The notes beneath the pieces were generated by a model. The model saw nothing but the letters and a program-made list of their open reading frames with translations, was not told the DNA's origin and searched no databases. From a bacterium (GTDB taxonomy: Bacteria > SAR324 > XYD2-FULL-50-16), in NCBI GenBank assembly GCA_032250835.1, contig JAVVEA010000015.1, positions 1-64,000 of the forward strand: a stretch of 64,000 bases of DNA, in the 5' to 3' direction. Both the position numbers and the translations under genes were made by a program. Below are positions 28,358 through 38,404 of the stretch, piece by piece (position 1 is the first letter of the stretch; every line of letters begins with the position of its first letter).

Positions 28358-28963
28358 TTATTGGAGGCTGAAACGGATGGGTAACAGCAGTTCCCCCTTT
28401 AATTGGGAATCTGGGTGTCGCTGGCGTAGGACTTGCGCAATATCACCTCGGTGTTCCTTTAGCAGCTCTAAAGCTGCTGCGTCTAGCCTGGGATAGCGAC
28501 TGCTTTGCGCCAAGTCTAGCTCGGTGATTTCTAACTGAGGCCCCCATACCACCCGAACTGAAACCACCCCCTCTTCACCGCGCTTGCGTGAAGCCCTTGG
28601 GTAGTAGCGGTTTAGGTCCACCTGGGTCAGGTAGGCTAAGATTAGGTTCTTTAGCTCCTCGGGGTTCGGCGCTGGGTCGGCTTGGTTTTGTGCTTCAGCT
28701 TCGGGCTCCGGCTCGGTGTGTTGAGACATCGCTGGTTCCGTTGCCACCGATTTTTTGGGTAGCTTGTTTTTGAGGGTCTCGGCGGTTGGTTTGGTTTGGC
28801 TCGGTGGGGAGAGCCAAAACCGACTGAGACTTAAAGGCTGCGGCGTAGGCCCAGAAGACTGAGCCTGCGGGGCCTCCATCCAAGAAAGAGCCGCCCACTG
28901 TAGCCCGAAGCATACCATGAAGAGCAGGCCTAAACGAAAGGAGGCGCGGTTGGTGGTCTTCAT
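28358..28963 (-). CDS. tonB: TonB-family energy transducer
   Basis: N-terminal TM, Pro/Glu linker (EPEPE), YYPRASRKRGEEGVV, SSRYPRLDAAAL, PIRFSL. Confidence 0.8.
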   Translation of the reverse strand: MKTTNRASFRLGLLFMVCFGLQWAALSWMEAPQAQSSGPTPQPLSLSRFWLSPPSQTKPTAETLKNKLPKKSVATEPAMSQHTEPEPEAEAQNQADPAPNPEELKNLILAYLTQVDLNRYYPRASRKRGEEGVVSVRVVWGPQLEITELDLAQSSRYPRLDAAALELLKEHRGDIAQVLRQRHPDSQLKGELLLPIRFSLQ

Positions 28964-29376
28964 GGAGCCCACTGGCTTTGGATTTGTAGATTCGAAAACT
29001 GGTGCTCACTCAGGAAATTCATCACCCGCACCAACTCTTCAACCGGTAGGTCCCGTTGGGGGAGAATCCGCACCGGTCGGTTGTATTCGTCCCGATGGGC
29101 TGCCAAAAAGGCGCGGCTGAAGGCGGAAAATTCTTGGTAGGTTACGCCGCTTAAGTTCCAGGTCTGCCGGTCTAGCTCAATGGGGATGTTGGGGGCTGTT
29201 TCTGGGCTTGCCTGCGGGCGGCTGGAACTTTGGGCTAATTGGAGATGGGTGGTGATTTGGGTGGTGCCCATGGTCAATAACAAGAAGACCAAGAGGGTAA
29301 ACAAAACATCCACCATTGCCGTCAGGTCTAGGGCTTCTTCTAAATGGCTTTGGGCTTTAGGCGGTAAGCCGATCAT
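28960..29376 (-). CDS. exbD: ExbD/TolR biopolymer transport protein
   Basis: DLTAMVDVLFTLLVFLLL TM helix with the conserved Asp. Confidence 0.85.
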   Translation of the reverse strand: MIGLPPKAQSHLEEALDLTAMVDVLFTLLVFLLLTMGTTQITTHLQLAQSSSRPQASPETAPNIPIELDRQTWNLSGVTYQEFSAFSRAFLAAHRDEYNRPVRILPQRDLPVEELVRVMNFLSEHQFSNLQIQSQWAP

Positions 29377-29894
29377 AGGGTCACCTCTAGGCCGTGGTGG
29401 CTTAGCGTCAAGGCTTCGGTTGCGGTTTTTAAGCGGTTTTGGGCCTTTAAGGCGAAGAGGCTGTGTCCCAGCAGCGCCGGGATAGCGATGATCAACCCGG
29501 CGGCGGTGGTGGTCAAGGCATGGCTGATCCCTTCGGCCACCAAGGCGGGTGTGATGGGCCGGTCTTGTCCGGCGATGGTTTCAAAAGCTTCCATCATCCC
29601 GAAAACGGTCCCCAAGAGGCCTAAGAGGGGGCTGATCGCCGCCAGGATACGTAACCAGGGCAGAAATCGGGTCAGCTGAGCTTCGGCCTGGGTGAGCAAT
29701 AGATTGGCCAGGGCTTCTCCAACGGGGCCGGGGTCTTTGGCTTCTTGGGGGCGCAACTGGGTAAAGCGCTCTGCCAAACGCTCGGCGGTCGGTGCCGAGG
29801 CTAGGAAAAACCAGGACCGCTCGGCTAAAATAGCCAAGACCAGACTAGAACAGAGCAATAAGGGTAGAGCCAGCGGCCCCATAAGTTGCAGCAT
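29373..29894 (-). CDS. exbB: ExbB/MotA/TolQ proton channel protein
   Basis: SPLLGLLGTVFGMMEAF and GISHALTTTAAGLIIAIP. Confidence 0.85.
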   Translation of the reverse strand: MLQLMGPLALPLLLCSSLVLAILAERSWFFLASAPTAERLAERFTQLRPQEAKDPGPVGEALANLLLTQAEAQLTRFLPWLRILAAISPLLGLLGTVFGMMEAFETIAGQDRPITPALVAEGISHALTTTAAGLIIAIPALLGHSLFALKAQNRLKTATEALTLSHHGLEVTL

Positions 29895-30046
29895 TCTTAA
29901 AATTCGGCGTTGTATTCAGGTTAGAGGAGCTTTTTCACTCAAATATAGTTTTTTGTCCAATCTGTAAATTGTCCCTTTTCATTGGTTTGGTGAGTCTATA
30001 TAATAACACACTTAATCCCAACCGGTTCTATCAACGGAGGTAACCA

Positions 30047-31594
30047 ATGGACCCGAACCGTATCCACATTTTCGACACGACCTTAAGAGACGGAGAGCAA
30101 TCACCTGGATGCAGCATGAACAAAGAGGAAAAGCTGCACATGGCTCGCCAACTCCAACGGCTCGGTGTGGATAGCCTGGAGGCGGGTTTTGCGGCCTCTA
30201 GTCCCGGTGACTTTGAGTCGGTCCAGATGATCGGACATGAATTGAAGGGCCCCAAGGTCGTGACGTTGTGCCGGGTGATCGATTCGGACATCGACGCCGG
30301 AATCAACGCCTTAAAGGGGAGCTACAACTGGGGTATCCACTGCTTCATCAGCACCAGTGATTTGCATTTAAAAGAAAAGCTGAAGATCGACCGGGCCACG
30401 GCCATTGCGCGTTCGGTACGCGCCGTGGAACGCGCTGCCTCGGCTACGGATTCGGTTGAGTTTTCTTGTGAAGATGCCACCCGCTCGGACCCGGACTTTT
30501 TGGTGGAAATCTGCTCGGAGGTGGTCCGCGCTGGGGCGACGATCTTAAACATTCCCGACACCGTGGGTTACACCACGCCCGGCGAGATGTATGCGCTGAT
30601 TGACCGCTTGAAAAACGAGGTCTACCGGGGCGACGAGGTGATCTTCTCGGTGCACAACCACAACGACCTAGGGTTGGCGGTGGCCAATAGTTTGGCGGCG
30701 GTGCAGGCTGGCGCGCGGCAGGTGGAATGCACCATCAACGGCATCGGCGAGCGGGCGGGCAACGCCAGCTTAGAAGAGTTGGTGATGGCCTTGAAAGTCC
30801 GCCATCAGTATTACCAGATCGAAACGGGCATCGATTCAACCCAGATCATCCACAGCTCTCGCTTGTTGACCAAGCTAACGGGACAGTTGGTCCAGGCCAA
30901 CAAAGCCATTGTGGGTGACAATGCCTTTGCCCATGAGTCGGGTATCCATCAAGACGGGATGATCAAAAACCGCCTGACCTATGAGATCATGACCCCCGAA
31001 TCGGTGGGTTTGACCAAGTCGAATCTGGTTTTGGGCAAACATTCGGGCCGGGCGGCATTGCTTGAGCGTATCCGCGAACTGGGGTATCAGGTCGGTGAAG
31101 AGGAGATCAAGCGGATCTTCGACGAGTTCAAGAAGCTGGCAGACAAAAAGAAGGTGGTCTACGACGAAGACATCGAACTTTTGATCGCCGGTGACCGCGT
31201 CCAGCGAACCGAGAAGTACAAACTGCTGCAACTCAACGTATTTTCGGGCACAGACTCCTTACCTACGGCTACCGTTAAAATGGAAGCCGATGGAAAGGAA
31301 CTAGCGCCCCACTCGGCCTTGGGTGCCGGACCGATCGATGCCGCCTTAAACAGCATCCGTGAAATCTTGGGGAGTGATTGCGTGCTCACCAAGTTTTCGG
31401 TTAAGTCGATCACCGGTGGTACCGATGCCCAGGGGATCGTTTCCATTGGGATCGAGTCCGAAGGGATCAGTGCTTCAGGGCGCGGGTCGGAAACGGATAT
31501 CTTGGTCGCGGCGGCGAAGGCCTTTGTTGACGCCTTAAACCGACTTGAGATCAAGAAACAGACCCAAGGGATTCGCCAGCAAGCGGCGGTTTAG
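30047..31594 (+). CDS. leuA: 2-isopropylmalate synthase
   Basis: [50 protein letters not shown] and a regulatory C-terminal domain; GGAGG RBS. Confidence 0.95.
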   Translation: MDPNRIHIFDTTLRDGEQSPGCSMNKEEKLHMARQLQRLGVDSLEAGFAASSPGDFESVQMIGHELKGPKVVTLCRVIDSDIDAGINALKGSYNWGIHCFISTSDLHLKEKLKIDRATAIARSVRAVERAASATDSVEFSCEDATRSDPDFLVEICSEVVRAGATILNIPDTVGYTTPGEMYALIDRLKNEVYRGDEVIFSVHNHNDLGLAVANSLAAVQAGARQVECTINGIGERAGNASLEELVMALKVRHQYYQIETGIDSTQIIHSSRLLTKLTGQLVQANKAIVGDNAFAHESGIHQDGMIKNRLTYEIMTPESVGLTKSNLVLGKHSGRAALLERIRELGYQVGEEEIKRIFDEFKKLADKKKVVYDEDIELLIAGDRVQRTEKYKLLQLNVFSGTDSLPTATVKMEADGKELAPHSALGAGPIDAALNSIREILGSDCVLTKFSVKSITGGTDAQGIVSIGIESEGISASGRGSETDILVAAAKAFVDALNRLEIKKQTQGIRQQAAV

Positions 31595-31617
31595 TTTAAG
31601 TCCTTTCCTTAAAAAAT

Positions 31618-31657
31618 GGCCTCTAGGTTTGAACTTTTAATCTAGGGGCCTTATAAT
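31618..31657 (+). promoter_or_regulatory. lon promoter overlapped by an inverted repeat
   Basis: TTGAAC(31629-34)-17 nt-TATAAT(31652-57); GGCCTCTAG/CTAGGGGCC dyad (31618-31650) spans the -35 box and spacer. Confidence 0.6.
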
Positions 31658-31707
31658 AATGGCCAAGCCCTTCCCACTACCCGAACTCCCGGCAGGAAAG
31701 CCTCCTT

Positions 31708-34131
31708 ATGTCCGATCAAAACGAGTCAAAAATCATTAAGATCCCCATGTTGCCGATGCGCAACATCGTGGTCTTCCCGCACATGACCACGCCTTTTTTT
31801 ATCGGCCGCCAGCAGTCTATTGAAGCCCTCGAAGAAGCGCTCGCTAATGACCGGCGCATTTTTGTGGTCGCTCAAAAAGACCCGATGATTGAAAAGCCCG
31901 GCGAAAACGACCTCTATGAAATCGGCACCGTCGGCTCGATTTTGCAGATCATGCGTCTACCCAACGGCACCATCAAGGCGCTCTTTGAAGCCCAGCAGCG
32001 GGGCCGCCGCAAAAAGGTGGAACTTGACGGGCCTAGTTATCAGGCCGAAGTAGAACTGCTAGATTGTGAGCCCGCCGAAACGACCGAAACCGTGGCTTTG
32101 GTCCGGTCGGTCAAAGACGAATTAAAAAACTTCCTCAAGCGCGTCACCAAAGGGATTGATTCGGCCGAAAAGATTCTTTCGGGCGACTACAACCCCGGTG
32201 AGATGGCCGATTTGATCGCGCCGCTTTTGACGCTAGAAATCCAGCGGCAGCAAGAATTGCTGGCAGAGTTAAAAGACCAACGCCGCCTCGAATTGGTCTA
32301 TTCGCGCATGCTTGAAGAAGAAGAGCATAAAAAGCTCGAGCAAAAGCTTAAGGAACGCGTCCAAGGCCAGATTGGCCGCACCCAAAAGGAGTATTACCTC
32401 AACGAGCAGATGAAGGCGATCCAAAAGGAACTGGGCGCCGAAGATGCCAAAGAGGAATTTGACGAGTACGACGACAAGATCAGAGAAAGCGGCATGAGCG
32501 AGGCGGCCCGTGAAATGGCCCAGAAGGAGCTGAAGAAGCTCAAGTTAATGCCGCCTATGTCTTCAGAAGCCAACATTGTGCGGACCTTTATCGATTGGTT
32601 GGTGACCGTCCCCTGGAAGGCTGAGACAGATGACAACCTTTCGGTGGACCATGCCCAGCAGATTTTAGATGAAGACCACCACGGCCTAGACAAGGTCAAG
32701 GAACGGATCATTGAATACATTGCCGTAGCCAACCGAGTAGGCAACCTGCGCGGGCCGATCATCTGCTTGGTGGGCCCTCCGGGCGTTGGTAAAACCACTT
32801 TGGCCCGCAGTATTGCGCGGGCCATTGAGCGTAACTTTGTGCGCCTGTCCTTAGGTGGCGTGCGCGACGAAGCGGAAATCCGGGGCCACCGCCGCACCTA
32901 CATCGGCGCGATGCCCGGCAAAATCGTCCAGAGCATGAAAAAAGCCAAGACCAACAATCCGGTCATGTTGCTTGATGAAGTGGATAAGATGGGCCAAAGC
33001 CACCTGGGCGACCCTGCTTCGGCGCTGTTAGAGGTCTTGGACCCGGAGCAAAACAAAGAGTTTATGGACCATTACCTAGAGGTCGAATACGACCTTTCGA
33101 ACGTAATGTTCATCTGCACCGCCAACAGCTACAGCGACATCCCCGGCCCGCTGATTGACCGCTTAGAAGTGATCAACCTAGAGGGCTATTCGGAAATCGA
33201 AAAACACAAGATTGCCGAGAAGTATTTGGTGCCCCGCCAGCGCAAAGAAAATGGGTTGAATGAAGAGGATTTGGTCTTTACCCAAGAGGGTATCTTAGAG
33301 TCGATCCGCCACTATACCAAAGAAGCGGGGGTAAGGAACTTAGAACGGGTGATCGCAAAGCTTTGCCGTAAGGCGGTGACCGATCTGGTCAAAGACGAGA
33401 GCCAAGGCGTGATCACCGTCGATGGGGCCAAAGTGCGCGAGTATATGGGCGTCCATAAATACGATTCCGACAAGATCGACCAACACAACGAAATCGGGAT
33501 CGTCAATGGCCTAGCTTGGACCAGCGTCGGCGGCGAGGTCCTGACCATCGAAGTCAACGTCATGAAGGGCACCGGCAAGATCCAACTGACCGGTAAGTTA
33601 GGTGACGTGATGAAGGAATCGGCCCAGGCGAGCTTAAGCTTCATCCGCTCGAACGCCAATAGCCTAGGTATTTATTCTAAAGTATTCGGCGATTTGGACA
33701 TCCATGTGCACGTGCCCGAAGGGGCTACGCCGAAGGACGGACCCTCGGCGGGTATCGCCATCACCACCGCGTTGGTTTCGGCCTTAACGGGCATCCCGAT
33801 CCGCAAAGACGTGGCCATGACCGGTGAGATCACCTTGCGCGGGAAGGTGCTGCCCATTGGCGGCTTAAAGGAAAAGCTGCTGGCCGCCAAACGCAACCGG
33901 ATTGCGCAGGTGTTGATTCCCGTAGAAAACGAAAAGGAGCTAGTGGAAATCGACGCCGAAATCCGCGACGGCCTGACCATCCACTCGGTAGTGCATGTAC
34001 GCCAAGCCCTCCAAGCGGCTCTAGAGCGCGAACCTCGACCAGTCGATGACAAAGAACTAGAGGCAAACACCCCGGTCCCCATCCCCGAGGGCTCCGGTGC
34101 CTTTGGACAGATTTCGGCGAACCACCACTAG
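31708..34131 (+). CDS. lon: ATP-dependent Lon protease
   Basis: LonN domain, [28 protein letters not shown] (catalytic Ser), IGGLKEK (catalytic Lys). Confidence 0.97.
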   Translation: MSDQNESKIIKIPMLPMRNIVVFPHMTTPFFIGRQQSIEALEEALANDRRIFVVAQKDPMIEKPGENDLYEIGTVGSILQIMRLPNGTIKALFEAQQRGRRKKVELDGPSYQAEVELLDCEPAETTETVALVRSVKDELKNFLKRVTKGIDSAEKILSGDYNPGEMADLIAPLLTLEIQRQQELLAELKDQRRLELVYSRMLEEEEHKKLEQKLKERVQGQIGRTQKEYYLNEQMKAIQKELGAEDAKEEFDEYDDKIRESGMSEAAREMAQKELKKLKLMPPMSSEANIVRTFIDWLVTVPWKAETDDNLSVDHAQQILDEDHHGLDKVKERIIEYIAVANRVGNLRGPIICLVGPPGVGKTTLARSIARAIERNFVRLSLGGVRDEAEIRGHRRTYIGAMPGKIVQSMKKAKTNNPVMLLDEVDKMGQSHLGDPASALLEVLDPEQNKEFMDHYLEVEYDLSNVMFICTANSYSDIPGPLIDRLEVINLEGYSEIEKHKIAEKYLVPRQRKENGLNEEDLVFTQEGILESIRHYTKEAGVRNLERVIAKLCRKAVTDLVKDESQGVITVDGAKVREYMGVHKYDSDKIDQHNEIGIVNGLAWTSVGGEVLTIEVNVMKGTGKIQLTGKLGDVMKESAQASLSFIRSNANSLGIYSKVFGDLDIHVHVPEGATPKDGPSAGIAITTALVSALTGIPIRKDVAMTGEITLRGKVLPIGGLKEKLLAAKRNRIAQVLIPVENEKELVEIDAEIRDGLTIHSVVHVRQALQAALEREPRPVDDKELEANTPVPIPEGSGAFGQISANHH

Positions 34132-35063
34132 TGAGCCCGCCGAAGATTTTGGTGTTGCTGGGTCCCACGGCTAGCGGAAAGACCGAATTCGGTCTGGCGC
34201 TGGCCCAGGCCTTAGACCTAGAGATCATCTCCGCTGATTCTATGCTGGTATATAAAGGCATGGACATCGGCACCGCTAAACCCAGCGCCGAGGAACGGGC
34301 GCTGGTTCCCCACCATTTGATCGACATCCTCACCCCAGACCAACCCTTTAATGCGGGCCTGTTCCAGCATTTATCTGACCAGGCCATTGGGGACATTATC
34401 GGGCGCGGCAAGAACGCGCTGTTGTTAGGGGGCACAAATCTATACCTGCGGGGCTTAGTAGACGGGTTGATCGAGATTCCAGCGGCTCCGGCGGAGATAA
34501 AAGAACCGATTTACCGTCAGTTAGAAGCCGAAGGGGTCGGCCCGTTGTACCAGCAACTTAGCGCACTGGACCCCCTGGCGGCGGCGGAACTTCACCCGAA
34601 CGACTCCAGCCGGATCGCCCGGGCTTTGGAGGTGTTCCGCTATACTGGGCGCTCGATTAAATCCTGGCAGGCCGAACATGCCTTTGCCCAAAGTCGTTAT
34701 CGGCCCTATTACCTCTGTGTTGATCGCAGCCGCGAGGAGTTGTACCAACGGATCAACCGCCGGGTGGAGCTGATGGTTGCCGCCGGGTTGGTGCAAGAGG
34801 TTCAAGGGCTCTTAGAACAGGGCTATGATCCCAGCCTGCCCTCGATGCGGTCCATTGGCTATAAACAAGCGGTGGACTTCCTGATGCACCGGTGCGACGA
34901 TGTCCAGATGGTCAGCCGAATCCAACAAGATTCGCGTCGTTTTGCCAAAAAACAACAGACCTGGATCCGGCAATTGCCACAGTTGCATGCCCAGCTTCCA
35001 GGTGCGCCTGAAGCCTCTTTACTGGCCGACTTGAAACGGTTTTTATTTGATGAAGATCCCTGA
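34131..35063 (+). CDS. miaA: tRNA dimethylallyltransferase
   Basis: GPTASGKT, ISADSMLVYKGMDIGTAKP, PHHLID, RALEV, SIGYKQ, FAKKQQTW. Confidence 0.95.
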   Translation: MSPPKILVLLGPTASGKTEFGLALAQALDLEIISADSMLVYKGMDIGTAKPSAEERALVPHHLIDILTPDQPFNAGLFQHLSDQAIGDIIGRGKNALLLGGTNLYLRGLVDGLIEIPAAPAEIKEPIYRQLEAEGVGPLYQQLSALDPLAAAELHPNDSSRIARALEVFRYTGRSIKSWQAEHAFAQSRYRPYYLCVDRSREELYQRINRRVELMVAAGLVQEVQGLLEQGYDPSLPSMRSIGYKQAVDFLMHRCDDVQMVSRIQQDSRRFAKKQQTWIRQLPQLHAQLPGAPEASLLADLKRFLFDEDP

Positions 35064-35619
35064 TTATAGCCCAGACCACTGGTTAGAATATCTCCGGCTT
35101 GATGACCAGAAATTACTGACCCGAGCCCGGCGTGATACCTATAAATCCAGCGGAAAGGGTGGGCAAAAGAAAAATAAAACCGAAAATGCTATCCGCTTGG
35201 TTTTGGGCCATCTTTTGGTTAGCGAGACGGGCTCTCGCAGCAAAGAAGAAAACCTGATCGGGGCGGTGAGAAAGTTGCGGCTGGCAATTGCGCTGGACTT
35301 CCTTAAGGGCAGCGAACTCCGCAAGAGTTTAACGCAGCCGCCCGTTGAGGTGTTGCCCTATTTAAACCAGTCGGAACTGCGGATCAACCCTAAGAACCGG
35401 GCTTTCCCGTTCTTTGTGGGGTGGTTTTTGGACCGGTATCTCTTTAGGCGCGGCGATTGGGAGGCGACCATCAAAGACTTGGGTACCACCAAGAGCCAAG
35501 CCAATAAGTTCGTCGAACGCAACCGCGCCCTGATGGGCGCTCTGGGGCAAGCAGATGAATATTTGCTGGTGTTGAACTTGATTGAGGGGACATCGGCCCC
35601 CACGAAACCGGTAGTTTAA
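35050..35619 (+). CDS. Peptide chain release factor-like protein (GGQ/RF-1 domain)
   Basis: YKSSGKGGQKKNKTENAIRL...RSKEEN...KLRL; lacks the codon-recognition domains. Confidence 0.75.
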   Translation: MKIPDYSPDHWLEYLRLDDQKLLTRARRDTYKSSGKGGQKKNKTENAIRLVLGHLLVSETGSRSKEENLIGAVRKLRLAIALDFLKGSELRKSLTQPPVEVLPYLNQSELRINPKNRAFPFFVGWFLDRYLFRRGDWEATIKDLGTTKSQANKFVERNRALMGALGQADEYLLVLNLIEGTSAPTKPVV

Positions 35620-35697
35620 GAGTTTGTCGTAAGGAGAAATCACTTGCCCAAAGGGGCCGAAAATGGCACTCCAGAGGGAAGGAAACCCGCTTTAAAC

Positions 35698-36570
35698 ATG
35701 AAGACACAACGGATTAACAACCGAGTTTTGATTGCCGACGATGAGCGCAGCGTGCGCCTGTTGCTGAGCCAGTTTTTAGCCAAAAAAGGCTATGAAGTGC
35801 TCGATGCCAGCGACGGGAGTCAAGCTGTTGAGTTAGTTGAGCAACAAAGCCCCAATATCTTGCTTCTTGATGTGTCCATGCCGGAAATGGACGGTTGGGA
35901 AGTCTGCCGGGATCTCCGCCAAGAATCCAATTACCCTCTGCTTTATATCATTTTGATGACGGGGCATGATTCGCCCGAAGATCAGGCCCGCGCCGAAAGG
36001 GTCGGGGCCAATGCTTTCTTACCCAAACCCTGCGACTTAACCGACCTAACCAATCAAATTCGTTTAGGTTTTAAAGAGTTAGAGTCCAGGCGCGCCGTTA
36101 TGCTCGACGGATTGACCCACCTCTACAACCGCGACCAGTTTTTTAAAACCCTCAAAACCTGCGAAAAGTCGATCCTGGAGGACGACGATGACCCCTGCGG
36201 TCTTTTGGTCTTTGACTTAGACCACTTCAAGCAAGTCAACGAAACCTTTGGCCATGAGATTGGCGACCAAGTCTTAGGGGACTTTGCCGAGATGTTGGGC
36301 CAAGCGACACGCAAAAACGACATTCCCGCTAGATTGGCCGGTGACCGCTTCGCGGTCTTATTGCCCGAAACGGGCAAAGAAGCGGCCATCATGATTGCCT
36401 CACGCATCCAGAAACGCTGCGTTGAGATGGAACTACCCGAAGGCATCAAACTCTCGGTCACCACTGGCGGGGCTTTTTTTGAAAGCAGCATCACCGATAT
36501 GTTTGATCGAGCCGAATTGGCCCTCACCCAGGCCAAGTCCCAAGGGCGCGGGCTAGTCCAGACCCTTTAG
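35698..36570 (+). CDS. REC-GGDEF response regulator with a variant AGDRF motif
   Basis: REC (IADDE, LLDVSMP, KP); DGLTHLYNR, FDLDHFKQVNETFGHEIGD, RKNDIPARLAGDRF. Confidence 0.85.
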   Translation: MKTQRINNRVLIADDERSVRLLLSQFLAKKGYEVLDASDGSQAVELVEQQSPNILLLDVSMPEMDGWEVCRDLRQESNYPLLYIILMTGHDSPEDQARAERVGANAFLPKPCDLTDLTNQIRLGFKELESRRAVMLDGLTHLYNRDQFFKTLKTCEKSILEDDDDPCGLLVFDLDHFKQVNETFGHEIGDQVLGDFAEMLGQATRKNDIPARLAGDRFAVLLPETGKEAAIMIASRIQKRCVEMELPEGIKLSVTTGGAFFESSITDMFDRAELALTQAKSQGRGLVQTL

Positions 36571-36601
36571 CGGAACCATAACGCCTGCTTGCAAGGTAAC
36601 G

Positions 36602-38404
36602 ATGTCGATGAAACGAGCCTGGTTGATCTTTTGGTTTTTGGTCCTAGGCGGCTCCTGTGCCTGGGCCTTCAATCCGGCCCACCTCGACCAACTCGTTAAA
36701 GATAGAAAATGCCCCGGCTGCGATCTTTCCAGTTCCGCACTACAAGACGCCCAACTGGCCGGTGCCCAGATCCAAAACGCTAACCTCAGCCGCGCCAACC
36801 TAAACGGTGCCGACTTGACCGGTGCCGACCTGACTGGCGTCAACTACCAACAAACCTATTTTGAGGCCGCCACCTGGACCAACGGGGAGGTCTGTAAAAA
36901 GGGCTCCTTTGGCAAGTGCATCACCGCCACCATGGAGAAGCTGCTCTCCGCTAAGACCTGCCGAGATTGCTCCTTGCCCTTCGTCATGTTGCGAGATACC
37001 TACTTGCAAGGTGCTTTTCTGCGGGGAGTGGACTTAAGGGGAGCCAATTTAGAAAAGACGGTTTTCGTTAACGCCAACCTTCAATTAGCCAATTTAACCG
37101 GAGCCGACCTGCGCAAAGCTAACTTGACCGGTGCGGAGATTAACGGGATTAAGTTAGAAGGGGCAAATCTGGTGGGTGCTCTTTGGATCAATGGGGAGCC
37201 CTGTGGTGATGGCTCCATAGGCATGTGCCTGACCCCCGAATGGGCCCAGCTGATAAAGGAAAAAAGCTGCAATAACTGTAGCTTGATCATGGTCAAAAAG
37301 CCCCAGTTGGACCTAGTCGGCGCACAGCTGATTGATTCTAACCTCCGAGAAGGCAACTTCGCGGGCAGCAACTTCACCAACGCCAACCTATCCGGTACCG
37401 ATTTTAGCCAGTCCGATTTGACCGGGGCCATTTTCAGCGGTGCTACCTTAGCGGGGGCTCGCTTTATCCAAGTTAGCTTCGGTGCCACCTACTTTAGAGG
37501 CACTAAATTTCAGGAAGTGCGTATTTCAGACGCCAAAATGGCCGGTTCGGACTTTACGGGCGCTGAATTCGGCCAGTCCGAAATCATCGGCTCCGATTTA
37601 AGCGGCAGTAAATTCATGAACAGCAGCTTCCAGGGAGCTGATTTTACGGATAGTAATCTAAATAAATCTATTTTCGAAAACCTAGAGTTGGGCAACGTCC
37701 GGCTCAACGGGGCTACCTGGGTTGACGGACAACAATGCCAGCAAGGCAGCCAAGGCTTTTGCGTGACTCCATCGGTGGTGCGGGCGATCAACCAAAAGGA
37801 GTGCCCTAAGTGCAGTCTGGTCTATGCCAACCTATCCTCACGGAACTTGACCCAGGCCAAGCTGGCTGGCTCGAAGTTCTATCGGGCCAAATTGATCGGT
37901 AGCGACCTGACCGGTGCGGACCTCTCAGGCGCCGACATGACCCAGGCGAATCTGACAAATTCAGACCTTGCCTTCGCGAACACTACCGGAACGCAGTTTA
38001 CGGGAGCCCTCTGGCCCGACGGAGTTATTTGTCAGGAAGGCTCAGTGGGCAACTGTGTCCACGACACCTACAAGACCTTAATGGCGGACAAAAAATGTAA
38101 AGCCTGCAGCCTGCCCTTCATCAACCTAGAAGGTAAAAGCTTGGCTTGGTTTAACCTAAACGGTTCTAGTTTGATCGGCGCTAAATTAGGTAGGGCTAAT
38201 CTTACCGGTGTTTTCTTGGAGAACACCAACCTTTCTAAAGCTGACCTACGCGGGGCCAGACTGGTGTCTGCGGACCTCACGGGAGCTAACTTGAAGGGGG
38301 CGAACCTAGAAGGGGCCGACCTTTCGGGGGCAACCTGGACCGATGGAAGCATCTGCCGCCCCCACTCGGTGGGAGAATGTTTGACTGAGAGGGCCGGCAA
38401 ATGA
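36602..38404 (+). CDS. Secreted pentapeptide-repeat protein with five Cys-capped modules
   Basis: Signal peptide ending in AWA; A(D/N)LxG repeats; five CxxC and five Wx(N/D)GxxCxxxSxGxC motifs. Confidence 0.9.
   Translation: MSMKRAWLIFWFLVLGGSCAWAFNPAHLDQLVKDRKCPGCDLSSSALQDAQLAGAQIQNANLSRANLNGADLTGADLTGVNYQQTYFEAATWTNGEVCKKGSFGKCITATMEKLLSAKTCRDCSLPFVMLRDTYLQGAFLRGVDLRGANLEKTVFVNANLQLANLTGADLRKANLTGAEINGIKLEGANLVGALWINGEPCGDGSIGMCLTPEWAQLIKEKSCNNCSLIMVKKPQLDLVGAQLIDSNLREGNFAGSNFTNANLSGTDFSQSDLTGAIFSGATLAGARFIQVSFGATYFRGTKFQEVRISDAKMAGSDFTGAEFGQSEIIGSDLSGSKFMNSSFQGADFTDSNLNKSIFENLELGNVRLNGATWVDGQQCQQGSQGFCVTPSVVRAINQKECPKCSLVYANLSSRNLTQAKLAGSKFYRAKLIGSDLTGADLSGADMTQANLTNSDLAFANTTGTQFTGALWPDGVICQEGSVGNCVHDTYKTLMADKKCKACSLPFINLEGKSLAWFNLNGSSLIGAKLGRANLTGVFLENTNLSKADLRGARLVSADLTGANLKGANLEGADLSGATWTDGSICRPHSVGECLTERAGK

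Noticed and set aside
29895-30046. Leucine attenuator upstream of leuA
   Set aside because: No Leu-rich leader peptide or terminator hairpin; a TATAAT at 29999-30004 leaves only a short leader.
36602-38404. CxxC motifs as heme c attachment sites, or the protein as a Qnr resistance factor
   Set aside because: No CxxC is followed by His, and the signal peptide argues against a cytoplasmic gyrase protector.
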